From: Macrostomum lignano
Lineage: Eukaryota
DNA: 64,000 nucleotides
Direction of reading: 5' to 3'
NCBI GenBank assembly: GCA_002269645.1
Contig: NIVC01001363.1
Location: forward strand, 124,001 to 188,000
A program made the position numbers and the translations under genes. The first letter of the stretch is position 1. Each line of letters starts with the position of its first letter. Positions 35,244 through 46,625 of this stretch are shown here, in pieces. The notes under the pieces were generated by a model. The model made no database searches, was not told the DNA's origin, and saw only the letters and a program-made list of their open reading frames with translations.

Positions 35244-37640
35244 CTAATCGTGCTCACACTCTTCCAACAGGGGTACCAGACAAAAACTGCCTGATGGCAA
35301 GTTCGGAAAGTTGACATCGACTCGAATGCACCTCGCAGCCACATCAGTGAGACGTATGCAATTGTAATTTTCCCGAGTGGGTTCCTGACTCGTAAAGATA
35401 AGCATATTTCGGAGTGGAACATCAGATGTAAAAAAAGCAAGAAAGATTGCTTGTTCAGATGCACTAGCACCAATATTGGTAAAATCCGGAACAGCATTGA
35501 ACAGTAAGTCGATTAAACGACATTGTGGAGTCAGAAAAGAGCCAAAGATTTTGCTATCGGCAAAATGATTAATAGCAAAATATGAATTTGATACATCCAG
35601 GACATACGAACTACATGTTTTTAAAGTGCAATCCGCAGAAGTGGTTGTTAAAATTTTACCCCCAGAAGCGCCTAGAGTTCGATTTTCGCGCTCAGGAGGA
35701 TTGCAGTAGTGCTTAGCGATGACAAGGAGTGCATCAGAAATTGAGGGATTGGAGCCTGCAGCAGGTTGCAGTGAATACAATAGCACTTTTAGCCAGAAAA
35801 ACTTTTCGGAAATTTGCTTTCCATGAAATCGACTGCCAAAATGAAGCATATTAAAGCCATGCATAGCTGACTCAAAGGGAAACATTGATGCACAATACAG
35901 AGGACCAAATCGTTCATACTGGTCGGGTAGATGATAGAGAAGATGAAAATTAAGAAGCATAACACGTTCGCCAAAAAACTCAGGACACAGGTTAAGAAAC
36001 ATATTGCACAGACGTTTTAAAGTTGAAACACAAGAATTTTGCGAGTACAGCAAGTTATAAATAGAATTAAGAAGAAGGAGCAGGCCCCTAAGTTCGGGAT
36101 TTTCGATTCGTGGAAGCAGAATTGATGGAAACAGATACAGAGCAAAAATCTTGTATGTTTTCGCTTTCCAAAGTGAGAGCTGACTAATTGGAGGAACATT
36201 GCTAATACCTTGGGGAAGTTTCAGTTGCATAATCTGAGAGTCGATTACATTGACAGATGCTGAGCCTAGCACACGGTAATGATTGGGATTGCAGCTTTTA
36301 GTCTTAGAATCAGTCAAGAAGGCTAGAATGTGTTTTACTTGACCTTCCCAGAGACAATGCATAGAATCAACAATGAAATTTTCTGGAAAACGAATGATTT
36401 TGAGAAGAGCAGTTTCGCGTTTGATTCCAAAATAATCCTTAAGCCCTTGAGCCTTGAGAACTGTGAGATGCTGCGCATGCATGGCATTAGTTCGAAGCGG
36501 AATTCCATGGACAGCGGGGAAGACACGAACTTGGCCTTTTTCTGACACCTTTAGAGACTTGCCAGGTAGGATGCATCTGGGACAAGCAAATTGTCCGTTG
36601 AATTGCTTGATTCCAAAAAGGTGAGATAAAGCGGGCAAATCGCAGGTAAAAAACGAGAAGTGAAGAAAAAACGTCACATTCCTTACTTTTACACACGAAG
36701 GCAAGCGATTTAAAATAGTAGGCAAAAACTTTTCAAAATTCGGCTTTCCTCGATTGGTAAACAAAGCGATTGTGATAATGTTGACAAACTTCTGGCGTAA
36801 TCTAACAGGCAAATTGAGGCACAGTGCACAGAAAGGCCACACAGACATTTCAGAAACTTTAAAGAAGTTTGCTCCGTCAGCCGAAAGAAGAAAATACAAG
36901 TGAAAAATGTCAGGAGATGAGCCGGTTTCTAGTTCATTGCTAACAGCAGAGTTCAGAATGTCAGTTTGAAATCCTCGCCTTAGCTCACGCTGGTAAGATA
37001 AAATATCATTTAAATGCCTTTCAACTGTAAGCTCCACCTGATGGTTTACATTTAAGAGCCATAGTCCCTCGAAAGAGTCGACTGGATGTTCACTACAGTT
37101 TATAAGTAGACACGCTAAACAAACTTTCACAACGAAGTCCGGTTTTAAAATGAATGAACGAAGCAGAACCGCTTCCATTGCTTTGTAAGATGTAGGTAAA
37201 GCAGCGCGAGGAGACAGAATGGAAATGAGGCGAAGCATGTTTTTAACAGCTTTCTTGGAAACGTTCGACAAGATCATCCACAACATTAGAAGGGCACATT
37301 TGACCTCCATAGAGATACCTTGGATACAAAAGACAGAAAGAAGGTTACTATCCTCATCCGCAGAAAATATTTCAGGGTGCTCGATATCAGATGGACCAGC
37401 TGCCTGCACTTCATTCTCGTCATCAGCAGGAATTGCAATAGTCGGTTGCTCGCCGACGTTTGCTTGAATTGCAGCGGAAGAGCTCGAATCGCTGTATTCA
37501 CCCATGGATGTGTCAATCGAATGTGTACTTGAATCAACCGACATCGAGACATATGACGACCCAGAGGACAGACTTTCCGACGACCCAGAGGACAGACTTT
37601 CCGACGACCCAGAGGACAGACTTTCCGACGACGAACTCAT
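35244..37640 (-). CDS. CACTA/EnSpm-family transposase, 798 aa, uninterrupted ORF
   Basis: SADG...SVWP...NLP..LR, CDLPA...FNG..ACPRC, DSMH..EG and MFPFES motifs; N-terminal SESLSSGS repeated 3 times. Confidence 0.9.
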   Translation of the reverse strand: MSSSSESLSSGSSESLSSGSSESLSSGSSYVSMSVDSSTHSIDTSMGEYSDSSSSAAIQANVGEQPTIAIPADDENEVQAAGPSDIEHPEIFSADEDSNLLSVFCIQGISMEVKCALLMLWMILSNVSKKAVKNMLRLISILSPRAALPTSYKAMEAVLLRSFILKPDFVVKVCLACLLINCSEHPVDSFEGLWLLNVNHQVELTVERHLNDILSYQRELRRGFQTDILNSAVSNELETGSSPDIFHLYFLLSADGANFFKVSEMSVWPFCALCLNLPVRLRQKFVNIITIALFTNRGKPNFEKFLPTILNRLPSCVKVRNVTFFLHFSFFTCDLPALSHLFGIKQFNGQFACPRCILPGKSLKVSEKGQVRVFPAVHGIPLRTNAMHAQHLTVLKAQGLKDYFGIKRETALLKIIRFPENFIVDSMHCLWEGQVKHILAFLTDSKTKSCNPNHYRVLGSASVNVIDSQIMQLKLPQGISNVPPISQLSLWKAKTYKIFALYLFPSILLPRIENPELRGLLLLLNSIYNLLYSQNSCVSTLKRLCNMFLNLCPEFFGERVMLLNFHLLYHLPDQYERFGPLYCASMFPFESAMHGFNMLHFGSRFHGKQISEKFFWLKVLLYSLQPAAGSNPSISDALLVIAKHYCNPPERENRTLGASGGKILTTTSADCTLKTCSSYVLDVSNSYFAINHFADSKIFGSFLTPQCRLIDLLFNAVPDFTNIGASASEQAIFLAFFTSDVPLRNMLIFTSQEPTRENYNCIRLTDVAARCIRVDVNFPNLPSGSFCLVPLLEECEHD

Positions 37641-38100
37641 AATTTCAACTTCAGTTCTACGAGTGTTAGGATAGACTGAAAAGTTTGGAGAAAATTACGT
37701 ACCCGTGCCATCGAAATAAGAATGTGCACCATCATCTATCGATAAATATGAAATGAAGTGGAATAAATTAGCTCGGTGGCGTTAAAGTTGAAGGAGTTTA
37801 GATTCTTCCACATATATACATTTTGAACGACTACGGAAATCATTAAGGGTATCCTAACTACCCATACAAAGAGTGCCAACACTTTTCAAACGCAACAGTT
37901 ATTATTCTAAAAAAATAATTAAGGTAGTCGCTTCATTTTATATTAAAAAAACACTACAGAGTAAGAGTTTGACTTTAGCGCAGATAACGTAAAATAGGGA
38001 TCGATTCAGTTCAAAAACGTTATAGTTTGTTACATGTCGAATGGCAGTTGGGTGATTGCATCTTCAGTTAAAATATTGCGACACACGTTTAGCCGTCAGT

Positions 38101-41100
38101 CTAATCACCGGCCTTTCGCTTGCGGAAGGTTGACTCTGGACCAAGTCGATTCAGAGAGTCTTTGACGGCTGTCCACGCAGAAACCGTTTGATCCCTCGGG
38201 ATATTGAAGGCCTTGTTCAGAATGCCTAGTTTTTTTTAAGAAAGATTTTATAGTAGCAGCAAATTCACACAAACATTTTCCAACAATGGAATGGCTACAG
38301 TGAGCCAGTTTGAATTTTTAGCTTTAAAAGACTATATAGAATGACCTGCATCCATCTAATGCCCACAATACTAAGTCAGTTGCCAAAAAACATTCAGTTG
38401 CAAAGAAATTGTATCGCTTACTCTTAAGATGGTCTTGCACTTCTCCTGGAGCCTTTGGCCTTTGTGTCGTGCCTTTGTACTCTCCGAAAACATGCGATTG
38501 CACATACTCGACGCCATACCTCGCAGAAGCATATGCCCTGATGAACTTCGACGTCGTTGTACGAGGCAGATCTGAGAAATTGCAAACTCGCCCATCGTGG
38601 CCTTCAAATTCCTACGAAAAAGTACAAAGAAAATTGGTACTCAGGACCGATTGTTTGGATTATGTCATGATAAATGTCAGTGAAATGTGAAAACGTCAAG
38701 CCACATGAAGAAGAGCGAAAAATAAGAAAAACAGTAAAGTAAAATGGCAAAGTAAAGCATATAATAATTTTATAGTAAATGGTTAGTAAAGAAAGTAAAT
38801 TAATTTGCACAGAAACTGAGAAACCTACCTCCTTAAGGAAATCAGCTGATACCATTTGATGCAAGCTGGATGATGAAGTGCGAATCTTCCTCAGTTTGTG
38901 AGCGATGAACCGCTTCAAACTGTCTGAAACATTTGGTGTTTCACATTTGTACTATACTGATAGTGATTACATAAGCAGCACGAAATGCAGGATTTGTGAG
39001 TAAAAAAGTTGTATTACACTGAGATAATGAGAATAAAGCATAAAAACAAAAGCACAAGAAAGAAATAATTAAACCTTACCCATTCCTTCCTGAAATTCAG
39101 CCAGTGTGAGAGGCTTGGAATTTGTGGGATCGTTTGCACTTGCTGCCTTTGCTGATTCATGAGCCTGAAGAACTTGAGGAAGTAGTTCCGGTGGTAAGGC
39201 ACGCTGTTCCTCACTTGCAATTAAAGCCAATGATGCCTCAGAATTTTGGTGTCTGTCTTCAACATGAGTACCAGCTGTCCTTGGCCGCTTGTTTGCTAGA
39301 CTGCCTTGAGATTGCTTCCTAGCACGAGAATGAGCAGCTGTAGGTGTCGAAACTGGACTTGGGCTTACAAAAGAAACCTGAGTAGGAGGCGGAGTAGGCT
39401 GCCAGGTCTCATCATCATCCGAATCGTCAATATCACCTGCATCTTCATCACTTGAGTCTTCTTGTTGTCTCATGAAGACTTTCATATGAGACTGGACATG
39501 ATCAGAGAGCTCGGAGTTCTCCTTGTTTTCAGTTATGAATGCATCAAGCTCCTTCTCAAGGTAGATCATTTTTGACCATGGTTCAGCTGCAATGAACATG
39601 CCATTGAAAATGCCATCCTTGAGAGCAAGTGGGTAGTCCTCACCCTAAAATAAAAATGTGATTCATTATTAGATTTTGAGCTAATATTAGACCAAATTAA
39701 TTTTTTAATTAAGAATTATAAACAAACTAAATAGAAAATTCTTTTTAGAATAGTTAACAAAATAGATATAGCCTATTAGAAAGTTAGACAAACTAAACAA
39801 AAGAGTCCTTTAGAAAGATAGACAAGCTAAAGAGAATAAATCCATTGGAAAAATAGACAAACTTAACTAAAATAAAACTTTAGATAGCTTAATAGAGTTG
39901 GCAAATATAGCCTATTAAAATACTAGGAAAACTAAAAGTATAAGAAATATTAAAATAGAAAACTAAAGCACTGGACAATAGTTCAAATAGTAAACTTGCT
40001 ATTGGATAGAATATAGGGCCTACCTTATCAGCAAATAGACCTTCCTATGAATTGAACACCTTAGGCTTAGCATAGGAATAAAATAGCTCATAGATAAATA
40101 GATATATAAACATACTGAGACCACTATATAAAATGTTATAAAAATCAATGAAGGCAGTCAAGTTTGAAAATGAATACATTATACAAAATATATATTAAAA
40201 AAATAGACAATAAGACATTTAAAAATGGCCAAAATTCTATTGGGTTGTTAGGAAAGTTCTGTCCGTTTTTTATTTTTCTATGCAGAGGATCATGAAGCTG
40301 TGTTGGATCCAATACTTGTGTATGCATATACAGCCAGAGTTGTGGTCATTCTAACCAAGTCATTTGCTTTTCAGCGCCCAATTATGGCCAGAAATTTTGA
40401 ATTAAACAGCATCGCTCTAAGGCAGTGCATGCTATATGATTTTCTAGCAGGTATTACAGCAGCCGAATCGACTCGACGCCTGTGCAGTGCATTTGGCCAG
40501 GATGCTGTCTCTGACCGCACAGCCCGTCGTTGGTTTGATCGCTTTCGCAGCGGCGACTACAGCCTTGCTGACGAACCTCGCCCTGGACGCCCATCTGAGA
40601 TAGACACTGAGCTGCTGCGGACACTTGTGGAGGCCAATCCGCACCAGACTACACGAGAGCTGGCAGCCACTCTTGGGTGCTCCCATGTGCAAGTCGCTGA
40701 ACACCTGGCTGCCATGGGCAAGAAAAGCAAGCTCGGACAGTGGACCCCCATGACCTGACTGACAGGGACCGTCAAAGCCGAGCAGACATTTGCACCTCAC
40801 TGCTCTCCTACAAGAGAACAACAGACTGGCTGGCCTCAATACTCACTGGCGATGAGAAGTGGGTGATGTACGTTAATATACACCGCAAGCGCCAGTGGGT
40901 TGATGCCGGCAAACCGCCACAGCCAGAGCCAAAGGCCCCACTGCACCCTAAGAAGGTGATGCTCTGCTGTTGGTAGGACAGTGAAGGAGTTGTATACTTC
41001 GAGCTGCTGCCGCCCAACACCAGCATCACCGCCGAGCTCTACTGTAACCAGCTGCAGAATGTGGCCGACTGCCTCCACACACAGCGTCCAGGGCGTCAGC

Positions 41101-42249
41101 ATGTTCGCTTCCTTCATGACAACGCTCGGCCGCACACCGCCAATTTGACCCGACAAAAGCTGCTGGATCTGGGCTGGGAAGTGCTGCCCCACCCACCGTA
41201 CAGCCCCGATCTGGCCCCTACAGACTACCATCTTTTTCGAGCGCTGCACCATCATCTGAAAGAGAAAACGTTTGAAGATGACAAAGGGGTCAAGGACTGC
41301 ATTACTAACTTTTTTGAATCACAGCCCAAGGATTTCTACAGAGCTGGCATCCAAAGTCTGCCCTCTCGTTGGCAGAGGGTCATCGATTGCGATGGCAATT
41401 ATTTTACTGAGTAACACTGCTGCATTCCTATAAAAACTCGCTCCAACATATTTTAGTCAAAACGGACAGAATTTTCCTAACAGCCCAATATATTCTCTCT
41501 ATACTTAGAATAGAGAACATATAGAAAAGAAAGGAAAGCTAGCCAAACCAACCATAGTTCTTTATGCATGAGTTAGCTAATCATACTCTAACATTGATAG
41601 CAACTAAACAGCCTATTTCAAGCACTAAAAAGTAGTCTTTTGCAAATTAAACAGCCTTGGCCTAGTATTACTAAAACTATAAAAAGATGAAATCTTAGAA
41701 TAAGCCTAATTCACTAAAAAATACCTAACTAGTTCTATAGTTGGGCATCAGGGCCTACTCCCTACATGGCCTAAACTAGGCATATGGCTATAGAAGCCCA
41801 GCCTACTAGTAAAACAATATAAAAAACTATTTAGCTTCATTTAACTTTAGGCCCTAATAAATATATTTGTAGGAGTTAATAGATATTTGATAGTTAGGCA
41901 CACAAAACTACATTCATTTTAAGCCATATGCACTCAAGCAATTTATTTATTTTTTCAAATCCTGCAGAATTTTGTATACAATATGCAATAGCATTTGTAA
42001 CAATTACTAGGATTAGGCCTGGGCCTAGTAAGTAAGCAAAAAATTACTTACAAAAATGAATTTCACATCAGGCTCATTATGGCTAAGTGCAAGACTGCCA
42101 CGGGAAAAGTTATGATAAGTTCTTGTCTTTCGAATGAAGAATAGTAGGTACTTCGAATCATAAAATGACGCAGCAGAATTTGCCAATCGTTGCACTGGTT
42201 TCACTACTCTATTCGAAGAGCGCCTACTTGAACCAGCCGCAAGATCCAT
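38101..42249 (-). CDS. Transposon accessory gene with BEN-like C-terminal domain; exons 42249-42052, 39644-39080, 38923-38829, 38611-38422, 38225-38101
   Basis: Five exons join in frame through GT-AG introns (phases 0,1,0,1). C-terminus TTSKFIRAYASARYGVEYVQSHVFG...PKAP...AWTAVKDSLNR has BEN-like spacing. Confidence 0.72.
40240..41488 (+). mobile_element. Mariner transposon nested in intron 1 of the BEN-like gene
   Basis: 30-bp TIR TTGGG(T/C)TGTTAGGAAA(G/A)TTCTGTCCGTTTT; TA TSD. Confidence 0.95.
40384..41414 (+). pseudogene. Mariner DD34D transposase with one frameshift and one premature stop
   Basis: GRP, TGDEKW, HDNARPH and YSPDLAPTDY motifs; frameshift near 40745-40749; TAG at 40974-40976. 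Confidence 0.93.
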
Positions 42250-43481
42250 TCAAGATCCACCAACTCTTAGTGTCTGAAGTCAATAAATTCAAACCTATAA
42301 TAATAATATATTAACTGAATTGGAATAATTAGAAATTGGAATAATTGTCACACCAGATTGATTAATGCAATTAAATTGTTGAGAGGATGTCATAAAATAG
42401 TGAAGAAAACAAAGCTTTTATTTCGACAATCAAAATCGATTGAACAAGCTATGTTATAGAGAAATAACAAAAGCGACCCAATTTTTGCGTACGAATGTAA
42501 GTTTGTTTGCTAGATAAGAACCTGAAATAGAAATTTAATTACGAATTTCGCTTCGAGCAACAAAATAATCCAGCACGCAATTAGACCGCCATTTTAATTT
42601 CAATTTGTGATGGTCTAATTCGCTACGGCTGGATATAAAAAATGCATTTGTAATTTGATAATTGTTACAGAAAATAATGCATTTTTATCGCACCACGTTT
42701 TATTATTTGTTCTTCAAAGTTAGCAACGGAAGTATAATTTATAAATACACAGATGCGCAATAAAGCCAATCTTGAACTAAATTCATGCTTATTTTGTTAA
42801 ATAGTGTAGATAGAACTTTTACTAAAAATGCATTAAAAATGCACGTACATATAATGCACCAAGAATGCACTATTTTGTCATTAGATTCTGAAAATGCATT
42901 ATTTGTCCATTTTGGGTCCCTAGGGACATATTCAAAATGCCTATATAATTCACAACAAAATTTAATATTACATGTACGCGCTCGTATAAATTTAGAACCC
43001 AAGTGTACGTATTCTTTAAATCAAAACATGCATGGACAACTGAATTTGTATAGTAGCTATTAGACTTATAATTCAGCTGGTCCATGGATGAAACTACATG
43101 TGTACAAATGTATACACATAAGAACTGTAAACATGTACTGTAAATTCACGAGGTCTTTCGCGGGTACGAGATAATCTTCGCGGGCAGCATATGCAGCAGT
43201 TGAAGCCAGGTTCCGGATAAGCAATTAAGATTATACATGTACATGTAAAGCTATAAATTTTACTATAAAACCAACATATACTGATGTACATGTTAAGTAT
43301 AGCTAGTAGGTACCTGATACCTTAAAGCATGAAAACTACTATGTATTTTCTGTTAATAGATTCTATATACTAATTAGTTAAGACCAAACTCCTTGCTTAA
43401 AAAATCAATTTAATAAGTAGTAAATTTATCAATAAGGTTTTATCTATCTTTCATAAGAGCCCGAGTTGTCAAGTTTAAAAG

Positions 43482-43678
43482 ATCGGCACGTACGTTTCCG
43501 CTCTGACTTGCACTGACACGTGAGCGACAGGGCTGACCAACTTAAAAATATTACATTAACAAAAAGTGCAACTACCTACAAAATACAGCTGTTTGACCTG
43601 GGCTGGGTGACTGGGATTGGTGCTGTTAATAGAGATTGATTCGCGTGTAAGACAATCACCTTAGCTTTGTTTGCACTG
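43482..43678 (-). promoter_or_regulatory. Orphan diverged copy of the peptide-gene upstream region, with no CDS attached
   Basis: Homologous to the reverse complement of 49063-49275; CACGTG conserved at 43517-43522. Confidence 0.7.
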
Positions 43679-44035
43679 CCCACAAGTATTAACGGCCTTG
43701 GATCGAGCTGGGTTGCTCCATCAACACAATGCGTATTCGTTAGGGGTGCTTAATTGTATTAGATTATCTGCCGGGAGGAGTGCGATACTCAAGTTGTGGT
43801 GAAGTGATCCTCAGTTTGGAGCAGTGCTTATTTGACATTTATTTGACTGCCAATCAATGGAATGTAGCTGGATCTGTAACTGGATGATTAATTTTTTGCC
43901 TTCTCATTGATTTCTACTTCAGAATATAAAAAAAGTGTTGGGAGAGTTATATATGTTGAAAATGCCAGTGCTTTGGTTTTGATCGACCGACTATCGGAAA
44001 CATATTTTCGATATACTATCGGAAACACCAGCCGA

Positions 44036-44578
44036 GATCAGAAGCACCGGAGATAAGAAACGCAGAAGATCAGAAACACCGGAGATAAGAAACGCAGGAG
44101 ATCAGAAACACCGGAGATAAGAAACGCAGGAGATCAGAAACACCGGAGATAAGAAACGCAGAAGATCAGAAGCACCGGAGATAAGAAACGCAGGAGATCA
44201 GAAGCACCGGAGATAAGAAACGCAGAAGATCAGAAACACCGGAGATAAGAAACGCAGGAGATCAGAAACACCGGAGATAAGAAACGCAGAAGATCAGAAA
44301 CACCGGAGATAAGAAACGCAGGAGATCAGAAACACCGGAGATAAGAAACGCAGGAGATCAGAAACACCGGAGATAAGAAACGCAGGAGATCAGAAACACC
44401 GGAGATAAGAAACGCAGAAGATCAGAACCACCGGAGATAAGAAACGCAGGAGATCAGAAGCACCGCGGAGATAAGAAACGCAGGAGATCACTGGAGATAA
44501 GAAACGCAGGAGATCAGAAACACTGGAGATAAGAAACGCAGGCGATCAGAAACACCGGGAGATCAGAAACACCGGAAA
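44036..44578. repeat. 32-bp minisatellite (~16 copies)
   Basis: GATCAGAAACACCGGAGATAAGAAACGCAGGA units. Confidence 0.93.
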
Positions 44579-44850
44579 CATTGAAGATCGTTTTCAGCAT
44601 TGCCTGTGTAGATTTCTATGTATATTTTATCTTCGGAAACTTGTTCACCAACCGCGGACTAAGCATTTCGACAAATTGCAAGCCGCTTCCATTAAGCTTG
44701 CCAAATTCTTCGAATGCAACGTCTTTCTACGTTGATAGTTTCACATGCCAATCTCAAAACCCCAAACAAAATATCAATTATTACATTAAAAGCATGATGT
44801 TGTTGATTTCGATTTTCCATTAGTCTCTTATCTATAGCTACATGTACATG

Positions 44851-45439
44851 TAGCTTCAATGCTACAAAAGAATGTTGAGTCCGGAACGGTCATGCAGAGG
44901 TCGGCATGCCTTCATTTTGAATAAATAGGAGCTCCTTGTTAAGCTTAAGCGTGTATTTGTGCTGCGTATTCGGGCACTTGGGCAGTCAGATCAGAGTCAA
45001 AGCCGGGGTTCTCCGAGCTCAGCTGCTCAGCTCAGAGCACCGCCTTGGCGACCTTGCCGGCCACGCGGATGGCCTTCCTCCAGCGGAAGCGCCTCCTCCT
45101 GCGCCACTTCTCGGCCGGCTGCAGGGCGCCGTCCTCGGACATGTCGGACTCCTCCAGGTTGGCCAGGGCCTCCAGCGCGTTCATCGCATCGGCGTCCTCG
45201 GCCTGCTCCGCGCTGGGAGCGGCGGCGGCCAGGGCCGTGCAGAGCAGAAGTCCGAGAGCGAGTTGCCACTTCATGGTTGAGTCTGTTGCTGTGCGAGCTG
45301 ATGAAGCTGAGAGTCTGTGACTACTTTTCCTGTTAATTGATCTCAGCCAGCTGCTTTAGGCGACGCATTTATGCAGCCGAAATCGGCACGTTTTTCCGCT
45401 CCGACTGCCTTCTGTTTGGACTGCTGGGCTGGCACGTGA
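44851..45439 (-). repeat. Left arm of ~585-bp inverted duplication
   Basis: Reverse complement of 49218-49798 with a few substitutions and a 5-bp indel. Confidence 0.93.
45032..45274 (-). CDS. Secreted prepro-peptide, putative cationic antimicrobial peptide, copy 1
   Basis: Signal peptide, acidic pro-piece (11 D/E), and Arg/Trp-rich amphipathic C-terminus WRRRRRFRWRKAIRVAGKVAKAVL. Confidence 0.8.
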   Translation of the reverse strand: MKWQLALGLLLCTALAAAAPSAEQAEDADAMNALEALANLEESDMSEDGALQPAEKWRRRRRFRWRKAIRVAGKVAKAVL

Positions 45440-46020
45440 CAAGGGCTGACCTCTCCCAGATCGCACACTCTCTTTTCAATCATTTGATACAAAGTTTCTG
45501 GTGGCAAATAGAACCGAATTCCTGTATAATTAATAAGGTTGTTGAACAAGCAACTTAATCGGTAAATTTACACTAGAGTTTTTTCGTTTAGTGTTACGTT
45601 TGTTTGAGCGGCTGTTGCACTCTGGGGGTCTTGCTACTGCAAACACGGCCCTATTTGAATAGTCATCAAATTCACATTCTATTGAAATGCGCAATTTAAT
45701 AGCTCTTGTAGCTTATGAGCATCAGGAACTCGCGATGAAGAGAGCTGAGCTTCACGATGGAGAATCCATGATGAATACATTGAAATGATCGATAAAGCAT
45801 AGGCGTAACAACATCCAAGACTCTGGGGTTCCGTTTTAATTATTGCTGATGATTGAATTCAGCATTTCTGATGTGAAATCCTTATACTTTTGTTTAATAA
45901 AAGATTTGTATAGAGAAGCCGTGTCTGAATTTCAAGGTTATCCACAAAGTCCCATATTAAATATGACTGATAACTGAGAATCATTTCCCCCAACAGCTAG
46001 ATAATCATGCATTGCTCTTC

Positions 46021-46570
46021 AACTGAGAATCACTGCTCACAACTGCTCACAACTGAGCATCACTGCTCACAACTGAGAATCACTGCTTACACGTGAGAAT
46101 CACTGCTCACAACTGAGAATCACTGCTCACAACTGAGAATCACTGCTCACAACTGAGAATCACTGCTCACAACTGAGCATCACTGCTCACAACTGAGAAT
46201 CACTGCTCAAAACTGAGAATCACTGCTCACAACTGAGAATCACTGCTCACAACTGAGAATCACTGCTCACAACTGAGCATCACTGCTCACAACTGAGAAT
46301 CACTGCTCACAACTGAGAATCACTGCTCACAACTGAGAATCACTGCTCACAACTGAGAATCACTGCTCACAACTGAGAATCACTGCTCACAACTGAGAAT
46401 CACTGCTCACAACTGAGAATCACTGCTCACAACTGAGAATCACTGCTCACAACTGAGAATCACTGCTCAAAACTGAGAATCACTGCTCACAACTGAGAAT
46501 CACTGCTCACAACTGAGAATCACTGCTCACAACTGAGAATCACTGCTTACAACTGGGAATCACTGCTCTT
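46021..46570. repeat. 20-bp satellite (~27 copies)
   Basis: AACTGAGAATCACTGCTCAC units. Confidence 0.95.
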
Positions 46571-46625
46571 CACAGCTTTGGTACTCGTTAATAAGTATTA
46601 AGCATTTACCCTACATGGGTCTTAA

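Larger units (their letters stand above)
34244..42925 (-). mobile_element. CACTA/EnSpm (CMC)-type DNA transposon, full length, 8.7 kb including a nested mariner
   Basis: ~35-bp TIR CCCTAGGGACCCA(T/A)AATGG(GT/AC)AAATAATGCATTTT; 2-bp TSD AC; encloses a transposase ORF and a second gene. Confidence 0.9.

Noticed and set aside
44936-45336. Alternative overlapping ORFs around the peptide genes
   Set aside because: Shadow frames of a GC-rich CDS; only the 80-aa frame has coherent architecture and stays identical in both copies.
44036-46570. CRISPR-like arrays (32-bp and 20-bp repeats)
   Set aside because: Head-to-tail repeats without unique spacers, no cas genes, eukaryotic context.
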